Assembly: GCA_902385655.1 (NCBI GenBank)
Contig: CABMGO010000005.1
Location: 99,584-163,583 of the forward strand
Source of the DNA: an uncultured archaeon
GTDB taxonomy: Archaea > Nanobdellota > Nanobdellia > Pacearchaeales > GW2011-AR1
Length of the DNA stretch: 64,000 nt
Direction: 5' to 3'
Below the pieces are notes generated by a model. The model was not told where the DNA came from, made no database searches, and saw nothing but the letters and a program-made list of their open reading frames with translations. Both the position numbers and the translations under genes were made by a program. Position 1 is the first letter of the stretch. Each line of letters opens with the position of its first letter. Below are positions 36,274-46,218 of this stretch, piece by piece.

Positions 36274-38613
36274 TCACTCTAGCAACTTCTTCAACTTTTT
36301 CTGCTCTTCAAGAATATTCTTTTCTACAGAATTGACCTTCTTCTTCAAATCTTTTTTAGCTTCTAAAAGCATTTTCTTTCTAACCTCATCATTTTCAGAT
36401 TCCAATCTGTGTTTCTCATGCATCTCAAAAGCACGTTCTTGTTTTTCAGTCTGACTTTGCAATTCCTTTTGTTTTCTAGCTAATTCATCATCAAATTTTT
36501 TCTCCATTACAAGTTTTTCATTTTTTATTTGTTTCTCAAAATCACTCTTCTGAGATTCCATCGTAGCAACAAACATATTTTTTTGTTTTTCAAGCTCAGC
36601 AGATTCCTCTTTCTTAAGATCTTCAACCTGTCGATTAAATTCTACTTTCTCTTCTATAAACTCTTTACCCAATTTGCTCTTTTCAACTTCCAAATTTTTC
36701 TTCTCAATAATTTTATCATGTAAACTCTCTTTAAGCTCCTTCAGTTGAGCCATTTGAGCAGCACTAATTTCCTTATTATTCTTAAGTTCAGAAATTTTTT
36801 TCTTTAGCTCTTCATTCAGTTTATTCAAAGACTCAGCCTGAGTAAGTACCTCTTTTCTAAACTGTTCTTCTTCTCTCGAAAGTTGCTTTTTTTCATCAGC
36901 TACCTGCAAATTCAAATTTTTTATCTGAGAATTATATTTATTTTGTAAATTAATCTCAAAAGATTTCTCGTGTTCTTCAAATTTCTGCTTAAACTTGTTC
37001 TCTAATTCAACTCGTCTAGATTTGTATCTTTCAGCCAATTCGACACGTTCTTTTTTCAAAGACTGCAAAAGATCTTGATTAACTTTCTTCTGACTTTGTT
37101 CAGCCGAGAATAATTTATTATATTTTTCTTCCAAATTGCGTTCTTCTTTTCTATTTTTTTCCACAAGCTCTTTTTCTTCTCTGCCAAACTGTTCTTCTAG
37201 CTTAAGCTCTTCAGATTCCAATGTTTTTCTAGATTCCTCCCTAAGAGAATTAAGAAGATTTTTTCTTACAGATTCATTTTCAAATTCCAACTTTTTTCTT
37301 TCTTGAGCTTCAAACTTTCTCTCTTCCTGTTTTTCTTGTCTCACTAATTCTTCCTCTCTTCTTTTAAAACGATTTTGCAAAGCAAGTTCTTCAGATTTTA
37401 ATTTCTGATTTAATTTTAATTCAATCTCTCGTCTTATTTTATTTTTTAATGCCTCGCTAATTTGTTCACGCTTTTTCCTTTCCTGCTCCTTTTCTTCTTT
37501 CTTAATTAAATTTTCTAATTTCTTATCTAAATCAGATTCTCTTTTCTGTAAAGAATTGCTATATGCTTCTCTTTCTAATCTGAGCTGATTTTCCTTAATT
37601 TTCAAATCCCCAATTCTTGATTTAAGATTTTTTAGAAGAGAAACTTGAGTTCCACTAACTCCTTTCGCACTAAGTTCTGCAGCCTGACCATTCAAGCCGT
37701 TCTTCAATTTTCTTAAAGATTCAGATTTGTTCGCAAGATCATTTTTCAACTTTTGCTCTTGAGATTTCAGTTTTTGTTTTTCCTTATCAACACTTTCTTT
37801 AATACGTTTGACTCTCAAATCGCTTTTTTTCTGAAATTCTAATTCTAAACTCTTTTTCTGATTATCCAAAGCTTTTTTCAACTGTTCCTTGAGTTCTGCA
37901 GAATATTTTTTCTGAAGTTTAGACTTCTCCCTTTTCAGATTTTTCTCCTCTTCCTTACTCAACTCTTCTTCAATTTCCTTTTCAGCCTCTGACTCATCTA
38001 CTTCTTCCTCTTTCTTCCCTTTCTTCTTGCCTCCCTTAAAGAAAAACAACTCTTCGGACTTGGAAGGAATTTCTTTAGAAACGCCTAATGCAACCTTGCC
38101 GGATTTCCCAATCAAAAGATGTTGTCGAGCATATGCATGATAGTCCTGATCATCACCAAGAATATGGTTTCTCAGCCAATTAGCCATAAAAGTCCTCGCT
38201 TCAGCGATTAAATTCAAAAGACTAAAAGAAGTAATAGTGCTCTTATCCGAACGATATAACTGAGTATATAGTTTATCTTTAAAATTTAAAAAATACTCCA
38301 CAAAAGCCAAATGAATTTTTCGGTGCATCTCCAATTTAGGGTACTCAATTCTTTTCATATAACCTTCTTCATAAGAAAAATGTTCTCGAGCATATTTATC
38401 AGTCAAATCAATAATCTCTCGGATCCTTGCAACTTCTTCCCCCTCCTTAGTTTCAACAAGCAATCGATTGAGTATTCCAAGTAATCCTTGATGTTGATGA
38501 TCGATGTTAGCCTCTTCTACGCTCATCTTGGGAATCCAAACGACTGGCTTGCCTTTAGCAATAACTAACCTCCCCTGCTTAATTTTGCCTATAACCTCTT
38601 TTTTATTTTTCAT
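36274..38613 (-). CDS. Hemerythrin-domain protein with ~600-aa K/E-rich coiled-coil extension
   Basis: N-terminus IDHQHQGLL...HFSYEEGYM...HRKIHLAF...WLRNHILGDD (bacteriohemerythrin pattern); the rest is heptad-like KE repeats. Confidence 0.55.
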   Translation of the reverse strand: MKNKKEVIGKIKQGRLVIAKGKPVVWIPKMSVEEANIDHQHQGLLGILNRLLVETKEGEEVARIREIIDLTDKYAREHFSYEEGYMKRIEYPKLEMHRKIHLAFVEYFLNFKDKLYTQLYRSDKSTITSFSLLNLIAEARTFMANWLRNHILGDDQDYHAYARQHLLIGKSGKVALGVSKEIPSKSEELFFFKGGKKKGKKEEEVDESEAEKEIEEELSKEEEKNLKREKSKLQKKYSAELKEQLKKALDNQKKSLELEFQKKSDLRVKRIKESVDKEKQKLKSQEQKLKNDLANKSESLRKLKNGLNGQAAELSAKGVSGTQVSLLKNLKSRIGDLKIKENQLRLEREAYSNSLQKRESDLDKKLENLIKKEEKEQERKKREQISEALKNKIRREIELKLNQKLKSEELALQNRFKRREEELVRQEKQEERKFEAQERKKLEFENESVRKNLLNSLREESRKTLESEELKLEEQFGREEKELVEKNRKEERNLEEKYNKLFSAEQSQKKVNQDLLQSLKKERVELAERYKSRRVELENKFKQKFEEHEKSFEINLQNKYNSQIKNLNLQVADEKKQLSREEEQFRKEVLTQAESLNKLNEELKKKISELKNNKEISAAQMAQLKELKESLHDKIIEKKNLEVEKSKLGKEFIEEKVEFNRQVEDLKKEESAELEKQKNMFVATMESQKSDFEKQIKNEKLVMEKKFDDELARKQKELQSQTEKQERAFEMHEKHRLESENDEVRKKMLLEAKKDLKKKVNSVEKNILEEQKKLKKLLE

Positions 38614-39083
38614 CTAACTTCAATTTTATCTGCAGATTGTTTAATTAGAGCCACCAACTTCTCGTCAGTACTTCCTTTCGGAAGAACAAAAACTAAGTCT
38701 ACATCCCATTCATGAGATCTATACAGAATAAATGAAAAGAACTTTACCAAGACATCCAAATTATTTCTTATAGCAAGATTAGTTATAGAATCAAATAAAA
38801 TAGTTACTTTTCCAGTAAAAGACTGTTGCGATTGATTTATAGCAATACTGAGAGAAGTTAGATTTTCACCAGACAAATAAATAACACCATTTTCAGAAGG
38901 CTTGTCAATTGTATCAATAAATAGAAAATGTCTGCCCTTAGAAACTTTCACTAGATCATCCTTAAGTAAATCATATGGTTTTGAAGATAAGACTAAAACA
39001 GTATTGTCCGCAGACTTTTTTAGAGATTCAATAAAGTTTTTTTCTAATTTTTCCGGCCTACTCAAAACGAGTTTAATCATCAT
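38610..39083 (-). CDS. Degenerate KaiC/RecA-like (DUF835-like) protein, paralog of 40381-40911 and 41286-41819
   Basis: Shared FID(T/C)..., (I/V)(L/I)FD(S/N), ADK(I/V)EV pattern; no Walker A. Confidence 0.45.
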   Translation of the reverse strand: MMIKLVLSRPEKLEKNFIESLKKSADNTVLVLSSKPYDLLKDDLVKVSKGRHFLFIDTIDKPSENGVIYLSGENLTSLSIAINQSQQSFTGKVTILFDSITNLAIRNNLDVLVKFFSFILYRSHEWDVDLVFVLPKGSTDEKLVALIKQSADKIEVR

Positions 39084-39888
39084 CGCCCCTCACGAAATCT
39101 TTAGACTTTATATAAAAAGCAAGTGCAACAGACACATAAAAAAAAGTATATAGTAAGTCGATAGGATGCCCAGCATAATAAGTGTTATTCTGGCTCATAT
39201 TAGCGAATATCTGGTCATAAACCAGTCGAGTTAACATTCCTCCGCCGAGAATAACCCAATGCCAACCATATTGACTACCTTCGAATAAAATTGGCCAAAC
39301 AAGATAAATAATTAGTAGCAAAACAATAACATCATACAGAATATATGAATCTTGTATAAAATGACTAAAACCAACATTTCCTTCTCGGATATCCTCAGAA
39401 ACATCATTAAAAAGTATAACTCCTCCAATAACAAGGCCAGTAACAACAAGAAGATAAATTAATCTACTGGATGGTCTAAACCCTACTGAAATAAAATAGA
39501 CTAAAGAAATAATCAAAGCGACATACGCCAAACTCCAAGCCAGATCCGGATAGCTCCCCAAAGGAGTAACTTTGTCAAACACGGCCTCAGCAATTAACCA
39601 AAGAAGATCGCCTAAAAAGAATAAAAAAATAGAAATTATTAGAAAAAGCTTACCTTCTTTTTCTCTAGGAAAATTTTGAGAAATTTTTCGATAAATAAAA
39701 ATTGTAGAAAACAACGCTAAAAGAGCAAGAATAACGATAAAGATATTTGCAATAGCATGACGATAATATTGAAAACTAGTCCCAAAAATAAAAATTGCTT
39801 GGAAGACATAAACAACAACTGCAGCAATCAAAATCCAAAAAAATAATCTGCTACTATAAGAACTACTGACTTTGACACCTTTTTTCAT
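39073..39888 (-). CDS. Polytopic membrane protein (7-8 TM), function unknown
   Basis: Hydrophobicity pattern; overlaps neighbours within the operon. Confidence 0.5.
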   Translation of the reverse strand: MKKGVKVSSSYSSRLFFWILIAAVVVYVFQAIFIFGTSFQYYRHAIANIFIVILALLALFSTIFIYRKISQNFPREKEGKLFLIISIFLFFLGDLLWLIAEAVFDKVTPLGSYPDLAWSLAYVALIISLVYFISVGFRPSSRLIYLLVVTGLVIGGVILFNDVSEDIREGNVGFSHFIQDSYILYDVIVLLLIIYLVWPILFEGSQYGWHWVILGGGMLTRLVYDQIFANMSQNNTYYAGHPIDLLYTFFYVSVALAFYIKSKDFVRGDDD

Positions 39889-39952
39889 GATAATCTCAAA
39901 GAAAATATATATTTAAATGTTACATTCTCGGCAAAAATAGATTCAGCAACCC

Positions 39953-40330
39953 CTAACCCTTTATCTCGAATTCTTTCCGAACCAACTCCAAAATCTCGTC
40001 ATTCGAAATTGGTTTTTTCACAATACCAACTAATTTTCTTACTCCCTTCAAATCAGACTCAGTCAATTCAGAACCAGTCAAAAAGATTACTTTTAATTTC
40101 GGAAATTTCTTAGCAAGATCAACTCCGCTCTCACCATCTAACATAAATTCTATAATTGCCAAATCAGGATTTTCTGACTTAATTTTCTGGATAGCCTCTT
40201 CGATATTATATGCTTGAAAAGTTCTGAACCCATTAAATTCTAAAATCTGAGAAATGGCAACAGCAGTCTGTACGTGATCATCTACGATAGCAACAAGCAC
40301 CTTTTTAGAACCAACACTGCTCTCTTTCAT
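39953..40330 (-). CDS. CheY-like receiver protein (REC3)
   Basis: VLVAIVDDH ... IIEFMLDGESG ... FLTGSE. Confidence 0.7.
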   Translation of the reverse strand: MKESSVGSKKVLVAIVDDHVQTAVAISQILEFNGFRTFQAYNIEEAIQKIKSENPDLAIIEFMLDGESGVDLAKKFPKLKVIFLTGSELTESDLKGVRKLVGIVKKPISNDEILELVRKEFEIKG

Positions 40331-40380
40331 AAAATAAGTATACAAAAGAGATTTTTAAATTTTATGAAAATTAAAATAAA

Positions 40381-40911
40381 TCATTTAACTAACACGGTGC
40401 TGTCAACAAAGAGAGAAATATCGGAAACAATCTTCTTTTTACCTTCGAGCATGATCCAATAGAGTGCTTTTATTTTTTTCTGCTGAACTCTGGACATAAT
40501 ACTATTCAAAAATCTTAACACAAATACCTCTGAATTGTATAGAAGCAAACTATCCAAATTATCAAATATCACCAGATCATACTTGCCAATAATAGAAGAA
40601 AATTTCAAAGAAAGTTCAGTTAAAGCGTGCGGAGATGGAAGATAGTACACTTTGTCATTTGAAACAGCTTTCATCAGTTTAGAAGAGACACAGTCAATAA
40701 AAAAACAGTTAGAATAGTCTATTCTATTATCGTCAAAAGTAGTCATCAAAGTTGAAGATAAACGATTTGTAGTTATTACACAAACTTTCTTATATTTTTT
40801 TAAAAGCAATTTGTAAGTCTCAAGAATATTTTTCTCAGGATTGAGATTATCACAAATAGCTAAAACATTGTAGTTCTTATTCAAGTTTGAAACTATTTCT
40901 TTACTCGCCAT
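40381..40911 (-). CDS. Degenerate KaiC/RecA-like (DUF835-like) protein X2
   Basis: Paralog of 41286-41819; KaiC-like Walker B region (VIFDNLDSLLLYN) but the P-loop is replaced. Confidence 0.5.
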   Translation of the reverse strand: MASKEIVSNLNKNYNVLAICDNLNPEKNILETYKLLLKKYKKVCVITTNRLSSTLMTTFDDNRIDYSNCFFIDCVSSKLMKAVSNDKVYYLPSPHALTELSLKFSSIIGKYDLVIFDNLDSLLLYNSEVFVLRFLNSIMSRVQQKKIKALYWIMLEGKKKIVSDISLFVDSTVLVK

Positions 40912-41285
40912 TATTCTTTTAATATTTCTCCTATTCTTTTTTTAAATGCATCCAAATCCAATAAAGGTTTATGAAAATATTCTATAGGTTTCAAAGTTTT
41001 AACCAGATCTCTACCTGCCTGACCCAATTCAACAACAGTAAGAAAAGCTACTTTTTGATTTTTTAATTTAGGATCCTTTCTAATAATCTGAAGAACTTCT
41101 CGGCCAGACATTTCAGGCATCAAAATATCTAGAAGAACCAAGTCAAATTTTTGTTTTTTCAAAATATTTAGAGCATCTTTTCCAGTGTTAACTGCCTTAA
41201 CAACATAACCCATCTTAGTTAAAAGAAGTTTAACAGAATCAGCAATATCTGGCTCGTCATCAACAACTAAAATTTGTTCCTCCAT
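40911..41285 (-). CDS. CheY-like receiver protein (REC2)
   Basis: ILVVDDEPDIAD...FDLVLLDILMPEMSG...FLTVV...K. Confidence 0.8.
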   Translation of the reverse strand: MEEQILVVDDEPDIADSVKLLLTKMGYVVKAVNTGKDALNILKKQKFDLVLLDILMPEMSGREVLQIIRKDPKLKNQKVAFLTVVELGQAGRDLVKTLKPIEYFHKPLLDLDAFKKRIGEILKE

Positions 41286-41819
41286 TTAAATAACCTCCAC
41301 CTTATCTGCAAACAAAGACAGATCTTCCATTACTTCTTTACCAGTATCATGAGAAAGTAAAAAAACTCCTCGAAGCTTAGAGAAATTTATTTGGTGCATT
41401 AAATTATTTAAAAACTGTAAAACTGGAACAGTATCATTATACAAAAGTAAAGAGGAAACGTTATCAAAAATTATACAATCTGATTTATGAATTTCCTCGC
41501 CTAACAAAAGAGCCAAATTTTGCAAAGCACGAGGAGAGTCTAAATATTTACACTGTTTGGACACAACTTGTTGCAAGGTAAGAGAAGAGATACAATCAAT
41601 AAAACTGAACTTAGAGTAATCAATTTCCTCTTTTCTAAATCTTTCGGTTAGAACAGTAAATGGTTTATCAACACTTACAAAACAAATCCGCCTATATCTC
41701 GGAGAAACAAGTTTAACAATTTCTAGCATAGACTCAACGGGATCTGAATTTCGAGAAATAACGACCAAATTTTTTATTTTGGGCAATTCACCAACGATAT
41801 TAGCAATCTTTAGACTCAT
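41286..41819 (-). CDS. Degenerate KaiC/RecA-like (DUF835-like) protein X1
   Basis: Paralog alignment with X2. Confidence 0.5.
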   Translation of the reverse strand: MSLKIANIVGELPKIKNLVVISRNSDPVESMLEIVKLVSPRYRRICFVSVDKPFTVLTERFRKEEIDYSKFSFIDCISSLTLQQVVSKQCKYLDSPRALQNLALLLGEEIHKSDCIIFDNVSSLLLYNDTVPVLQFLNNLMHQINFSKLRGVFLLSHDTGKEVMEDLSLFADKVEVI

Positions 41820-42193
41820 TAGTCCTCCAAAACCTTCTTCAATCGCTTTCTAAAATCAGCAATATCTAAAATAGGTTTTTGAAAGTACTCTACAGGTTTC
41901 AAGGCCTTAATAATTTCTTTTCCAGCTTGACCAAGTTGAACAACAGTGAGGAAAGCTACTTTTTGATTTTTTAATTTAGGATCCTTTCTAATAATCTGAA
42001 GAACTTCTCGGCCAGACATTCCAGGCATCATAATATCGAGGAGAACTAAATCAAATTTTTGTTTTTTCAACAAATTTAAAGCAGACTTACCATCGACAGC
42101 AACAACAGATTCGAGTCCTTCGCCGTCGCAAAGCATTTTAATAGAAGTAGCTATATCAGACTCATCATCAACTATCAACACCCTTTTAGCCAT
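41819..42193 (-). CDS. CheY-like receiver protein (REC1); start moved to ATG (ORF-track start is TTG)
   Basis: VLIVDDESDIATS...FDLVLLDIMMPGMSG; C-terminal half encoded by DNA nearly identical to REC2. Confidence 0.8.
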   Translation of the reverse strand: MAKRVLIVDDESDIATSIKMLCDGEGLESVVAVDGKSALNLLKKQKFDLVLLDIMMPGMSGREVLQIIRKDPKLKNQKVAFLTVVQLGQAGKEIIKALKPVEYFQKPILDIADFRKRLKKVLED

Positions 42194-42209
42194 ATCACGA
42201 TAAAACAAT

Positions 42210-45200
42210 TTAAGTATTTAAACTCTCCGAATTTTTCGTCAGAGGAGATTTAAATGGCAACGTAAAAATAAACTTACTTCCTTTTCCTTTTTCACTTTCA
42301 ACCCAAATTTTTCCACCATGAGTCTCGACAATTCCCTTACAGATAGTAAGCCCTAATCCGACACCCTTATGTTTAAGTTTGTAAGAGGGACTAATTTGAG
42401 AAAATGGCTTAAATATTTCCGATTGCTTTTCTTTTGATATACCGATACCCTCATCTTTTACACTTACAACAACCTGATTATCTCTTTTCGAAATTTCTAC
42501 ATGAATATGGCTATTTTCAGGACTAAATTTTATAGCATTACTTAACAAATTAGTAAAAACCTGTTTTATTCTAAATGGATCCACAAATAATATTGGCGTC
42601 TTTACACTATTAAAGCTAATTTTTATGTGACTTTGTTCAGCAAGTGCAGAAACAGTAGAAATTGCATCTTTTGCAATAATATCCATTTCTGAATCTTCCG
42701 GAATAACTTTCAAACTTTTATTTTGTATTGTCGCAACATCCAAAACATCTCCAATCAATTGATTTAAGGTTTTCATGTTTCTAGTAATAAGGTCTACACT
42801 GTTTTTTTGTTGTTCTGATAAATTACCCATATATCCCTCTTGTAACATTTGTGCCTGAATTAAAATTGGAGTCAGTGGTGTTTTCAATTCATGCGAGGTA
42901 AATGCTAAGAACTGATTTTTCATTTGATCAAGTTCTTTTAACTTTTCATACGCATCCTCCAATTTCCTTTTAGCCTCTACATCAGAACTAATGTCTCTTA
43001 CAGTTGCCTGCAGAAATTTTTTCCCATCCTTCTCGACTAAACTTAATAGGACTGTTGCAGGAAAATCTCCATCCCCTATTCGTTTATGAGTCCACTCAAA
43101 ATAATTCGACCCATTTTTAACAGCCAAATTAATCATTTTCTTAGCTTTAACAGAAGACAATTCCCCGTCAGACTGATATTTAGGAGAAACATCTATTGGG
43201 CCAAGAGAAATAAATTCTTTTTCATCCTTACAATTAAACATTTTCAGAGTCATGGGATTTCCAGAAGTAAACTTAAAAGAAACAGTATCTAAAGTCATGA
43301 TAGCATCAGCCGAACCTTCATACAAAATCCGATATTTTTTTTCGCTTTCAAGAATTTTTCTTTCCGATGCCTTCAAGTCAGTAATATCTTCAGAAATACC
43401 TAAAAGATATTTAGGACTCTTCTTTTCATCGAGAATGGGAATTTTCTTAGTATGTAAAAGTCTTTCTCCCCTCGGAGTCTTAATTGGTTCTTCAGGAATA
43501 TCTAAAAGTTTTTTCTTATCTAGCACATCTCTATCTTTTTTAGTAAAAAAATTTGCCTGTTTTTTAGGAAAAAAGTCATAATCATTCTTGCCGTAAAAGT
43601 TCTCTCTTTTTTGACCGAGTAATTCTTCTCCAGCTTTATTGAACAGTTCAAATCTCAAATCTTTAGCATCTTTTACAAAGATCATGTCTGGAACATTCTC
43701 AACAACCGAATTCAAGAAAGCAGTCTGCTTTTGAAGTTCAGAAGTTCTGTCTATAACAATTTTGTCCACATTCTCTTTCTCTCGTATAAGTTCATCTTCT
43801 GCTTTTTTTATTTCATCGATATTAATAATTACACTAACAATTTCCTTTAATTTACCTCTTTCATATATGGGGTTCCAAGAGTGAGAAACCCAATAGACTC
43901 TTTTGTTTTTCCCAATAATTCTATATCTTAAATTCTTTCCAGGCATTCCCTTAACAGCCTCAGAAAGAAATTTTTTAACAAGCGGTATGTCCTCTGGATA
44001 AAAAATATCCGGAACAGTGCCTACAAGATCTTTAGCCGGCCAGCCAAAAACTTCCAAAGAGGTCGGACTTAAATAAGAAACAACTTTATTTGACAAAGTA
44101 AGCATCATTACAGCATTTGAACTTTCAGAAATAAGCTTGTACTTTTCCTCACTTTCTTGTAGCTTTTCCTCTGTTTTTTTTCTTTCAGTAATGTCTTGAG
44201 CCGTTCCGTAAAGGCAAACAATTTTTCCATGCACATCACGTTTTACAGCACCTCTAGCGAGAATCCACTTTCCATAAATATCTGGCTTTCGATACATTAG
44301 TTCAAGCTCGTATGGCTTTCCAGTTTCCATAGCCGTTTTCACAGCCGCATCCAGCAACTTCGCATACTTTGGTGCATAAGCTTTTAGATGATTAACATAA
44401 TTAGGAGTGGGATCATTTAGTCCGATATTATAAATTCTACGATATTCTGCAGACCAGACAATACTATCTGTAGGAATATCCCAATTCCAGCTCCCGATAT
44501 GGGCAATCTGTTGTGCTTCTTCAAGATCTTTCTCAGTCTTTCTCCACTGAGTTACATCTCTGAAGATACCTATCTGAAAAATTTCATCACCCAATTTTAA
44601 AGAAGTAGCAGAAATATCTGCATAAAAAATAGATCCATCTTTTCTGACCACAGGCAAATTTGAAACTATTTTAATTTTTCCTTCAGCTTGTAATTTAAAT
44701 TGTTTAAGAGCATATGAAAGATCTTTTTTTGGATGAATATCATTTACACCAAGTCTAAGAACTTCCTCGCGAGTATACCCTAAAAGATTACAGAAGGCAT
44801 CATTAGCCATAATGAATTTCTTAGAGTTTAAGGTAGCCAAAACAACTCCATCAACAGCGTTATTAAAAATAGCTTTAAACTTCTCCTCGCTCTCCTGTAG
44901 TTTTTCTAAAAAAATTTCTTTTTCAGTAATATCTCGATTAGTTCCTCGGTAACCTCTAAAATTTCCAAAGTCATCAATAATTGGATTGCCACTTGCTTCC
45001 AAGAGAACCAAAGATCCATTTTTATGCAAAGTCCAATTACCCAAATCTTTCATTGGAGCTCTTTTCTTAACAAGAGAATCATAGATAGCTTTGACCCTCT
45101 TAGCTTCGCCAGGAGGCATAAAATCAAAATGAGTCTTTCCTATCATTTCTTCAGGACGATAACCCAAAATATCCTTAACAGAAGAACTCAAATAAGTATA

Positions 45201-45662
45201 CTTTGCATCCTTATCAACTTCCCAAATAATATCGCTAGTTGACTCAACAATATCCCTAAACCTTTTTTCACTCCGTTTTAACAAATCTTCAGACATCTTA
45301 GTTTTAGTTATATCTTGAGAAAAAATTAAAACACCTTCAGAAACAGGATTTATCGAAAGAAGAAATGTCCCCTTAGAACCATCGGGATAGACAAAAACAT
45401 TTTCCATACTCACAGATTTTCTAGTCTTCAAAACCTGTTTAATTTTAGAAAAAAGTTCGGTCTTTTCTATTCCAGGATAACACTCCGCCATAGTATTCCC
45501 TATTAATTCACTACGCTTTTTTCTTGCATGCTTTTCTAAAGAATTATTTGCATAAATATACCTGTATTCGCCATCAATAATCTGCGCACCCTCGATAACA
45601 TTATCCAGGGGTGCATACTTTTCAGCAACAAGATGCAAAAAAGCCTCAAAATCCTCTTCCAT
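42210..45662 (-). CDS. Multi-PAS sensor histidine kinase (1150 aa; >=6 PAS/PAC, HisKA, HATPase_c)
   Basis: H-box FLAFTSHELKTPL; N/G boxes NLLSNAIKFS...VKDEGIGIS...GVGLGLTICK; repeated PAS cores. Confidence 0.9.
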   Translation of the reverse strand: MEEDFEAFLHLVAEKYAPLDNVIEGAQIIDGEYRYIYANNSLEKHARKKRSELIGNTMAECYPGIEKTELFSKIKQVLKTRKSVSMENVFVYPDGSKGTFLLSINPVSEGVLIFSQDITKTKMSEDLLKRSEKRFRDIVESTSDIIWEVDKDAKYTYLSSSVKDILGYRPEEMIGKTHFDFMPPGEAKRVKAIYDSLVKKRAPMKDLGNWTLHKNGSLVLLEASGNPIIDDFGNFRGYRGTNRDITEKEIFLEKLQESEEKFKAIFNNAVDGVVLATLNSKKFIMANDAFCNLLGYTREEVLRLGVNDIHPKKDLSYALKQFKLQAEGKIKIVSNLPVVRKDGSIFYADISATSLKLGDEIFQIGIFRDVTQWRKTEKDLEEAQQIAHIGSWNWDIPTDSIVWSAEYRRIYNIGLNDPTPNYVNHLKAYAPKYAKLLDAAVKTAMETGKPYELELMYRKPDIYGKWILARGAVKRDVHGKIVCLYGTAQDITERKKTEEKLQESEEKYKLISESSNAVMMLTLSNKVVSYLSPTSLEVFGWPAKDLVGTVPDIFYPEDIPLVKKFLSEAVKGMPGKNLRYRIIGKNKRVYWVSHSWNPIYERGKLKEIVSVIINIDEIKKAEDELIREKENVDKIVIDRTSELQKQTAFLNSVVENVPDMIFVKDAKDLRFELFNKAGEELLGQKRENFYGKNDYDFFPKKQANFFTKKDRDVLDKKKLLDIPEEPIKTPRGERLLHTKKIPILDEKKSPKYLLGISEDITDLKASERKILESEKKYRILYEGSADAIMTLDTVSFKFTSGNPMTLKMFNCKDEKEFISLGPIDVSPKYQSDGELSSVKAKKMINLAVKNGSNYFEWTHKRIGDGDFPATVLLSLVEKDGKKFLQATVRDISSDVEAKRKLEDAYEKLKELDQMKNQFLAFTSHELKTPLTPILIQAQMLQEGYMGNLSEQQKNSVDLITRNMKTLNQLIGDVLDVATIQNKSLKVIPEDSEMDIIAKDAISTVSALAEQSHIKISFNSVKTPILFVDPFRIKQVFTNLLSNAIKFSPENSHIHVEISKRDNQVVVSVKDEGIGISKEKQSEIFKPFSQISPSYKLKHKGVGLGLTICKGIVETHGGKIWVESEKGKGSKFIFTLPFKSPLTKNSESLNT

Positions 45663-45715
45663 TTATCACCCTTTTGATATATGAAAGCCGGCTCATATAT
45701 AAATCTATTTGAAAA

Positions 45716-46132
45716 TCACTTAATATAATGATGCTCTAAAAAATAAAGATAATAATTATGGTCCCAAACTTTAAGATGAACTTCCCACCATCCTTTAAGA
45801 AAAGTAAGTAACCCGTCAAGAACATCTTCTCCATCAGTCATCCTATCTTTAAATTTTAGAACTTCGATCAACAAGCCCGCATGCTGAAGTATATGCTCTC
45901 TTGCACCCTGATAATTCCACTTCTTAAAATAACCCTCCTCAGTATCAAAGTGTGCCTTAGATAAGTCAACAAGCTCATTAATAATCCTCAATACATCTAA
46001 ACTGTCTCTCCCCCTAGAATTTGCAACCTTGTAAGTCTCGTTAATAAGTTGAAAAAGATGCTTATGCTGTTCATCAATCAAATCGATGTGAACACTTACT
46101 TTCTTAGTCCATTTAATAAGTTTCTTTTCCAT
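45716..46132 (-). CDS. Hemerythrin (bacteriohemerythrin-like)
   Basis: IDEQHKHLF, HFDTEEGYF, HILQHAGL, WWEVHLKVWDH; start set at MEKK with a GAGGTG SD. Confidence 0.7.
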   Translation of the reverse strand: MEKKLIKWTKKVSVHIDLIDEQHKHLFQLINETYKVANSRGRDSLDVLRIINELVDLSKAHFDTEEGYFKKWNYQGAREHILQHAGLLIEVLKFKDRMTDGEDVLDGLLTFLKGWWEVHLKVWDHNYYLYFLEHHYIK

Positions 46133-46218
46133 AAACACCTCTAAAATCAAAATATAATAAATATATAAATTATTCTGCCACAACAATATTTATAAACAAA
46201 CCAAATTAAAAACAAAAT

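Noticed and set aside
43086-45242. Plus-strand ORFs inside the histidine-kinase gene (43086, 43252, 45024)
   Set aside because: They are antisense to a 3.4-kb gene with clear PAS/HisKA/HATPase motifs.
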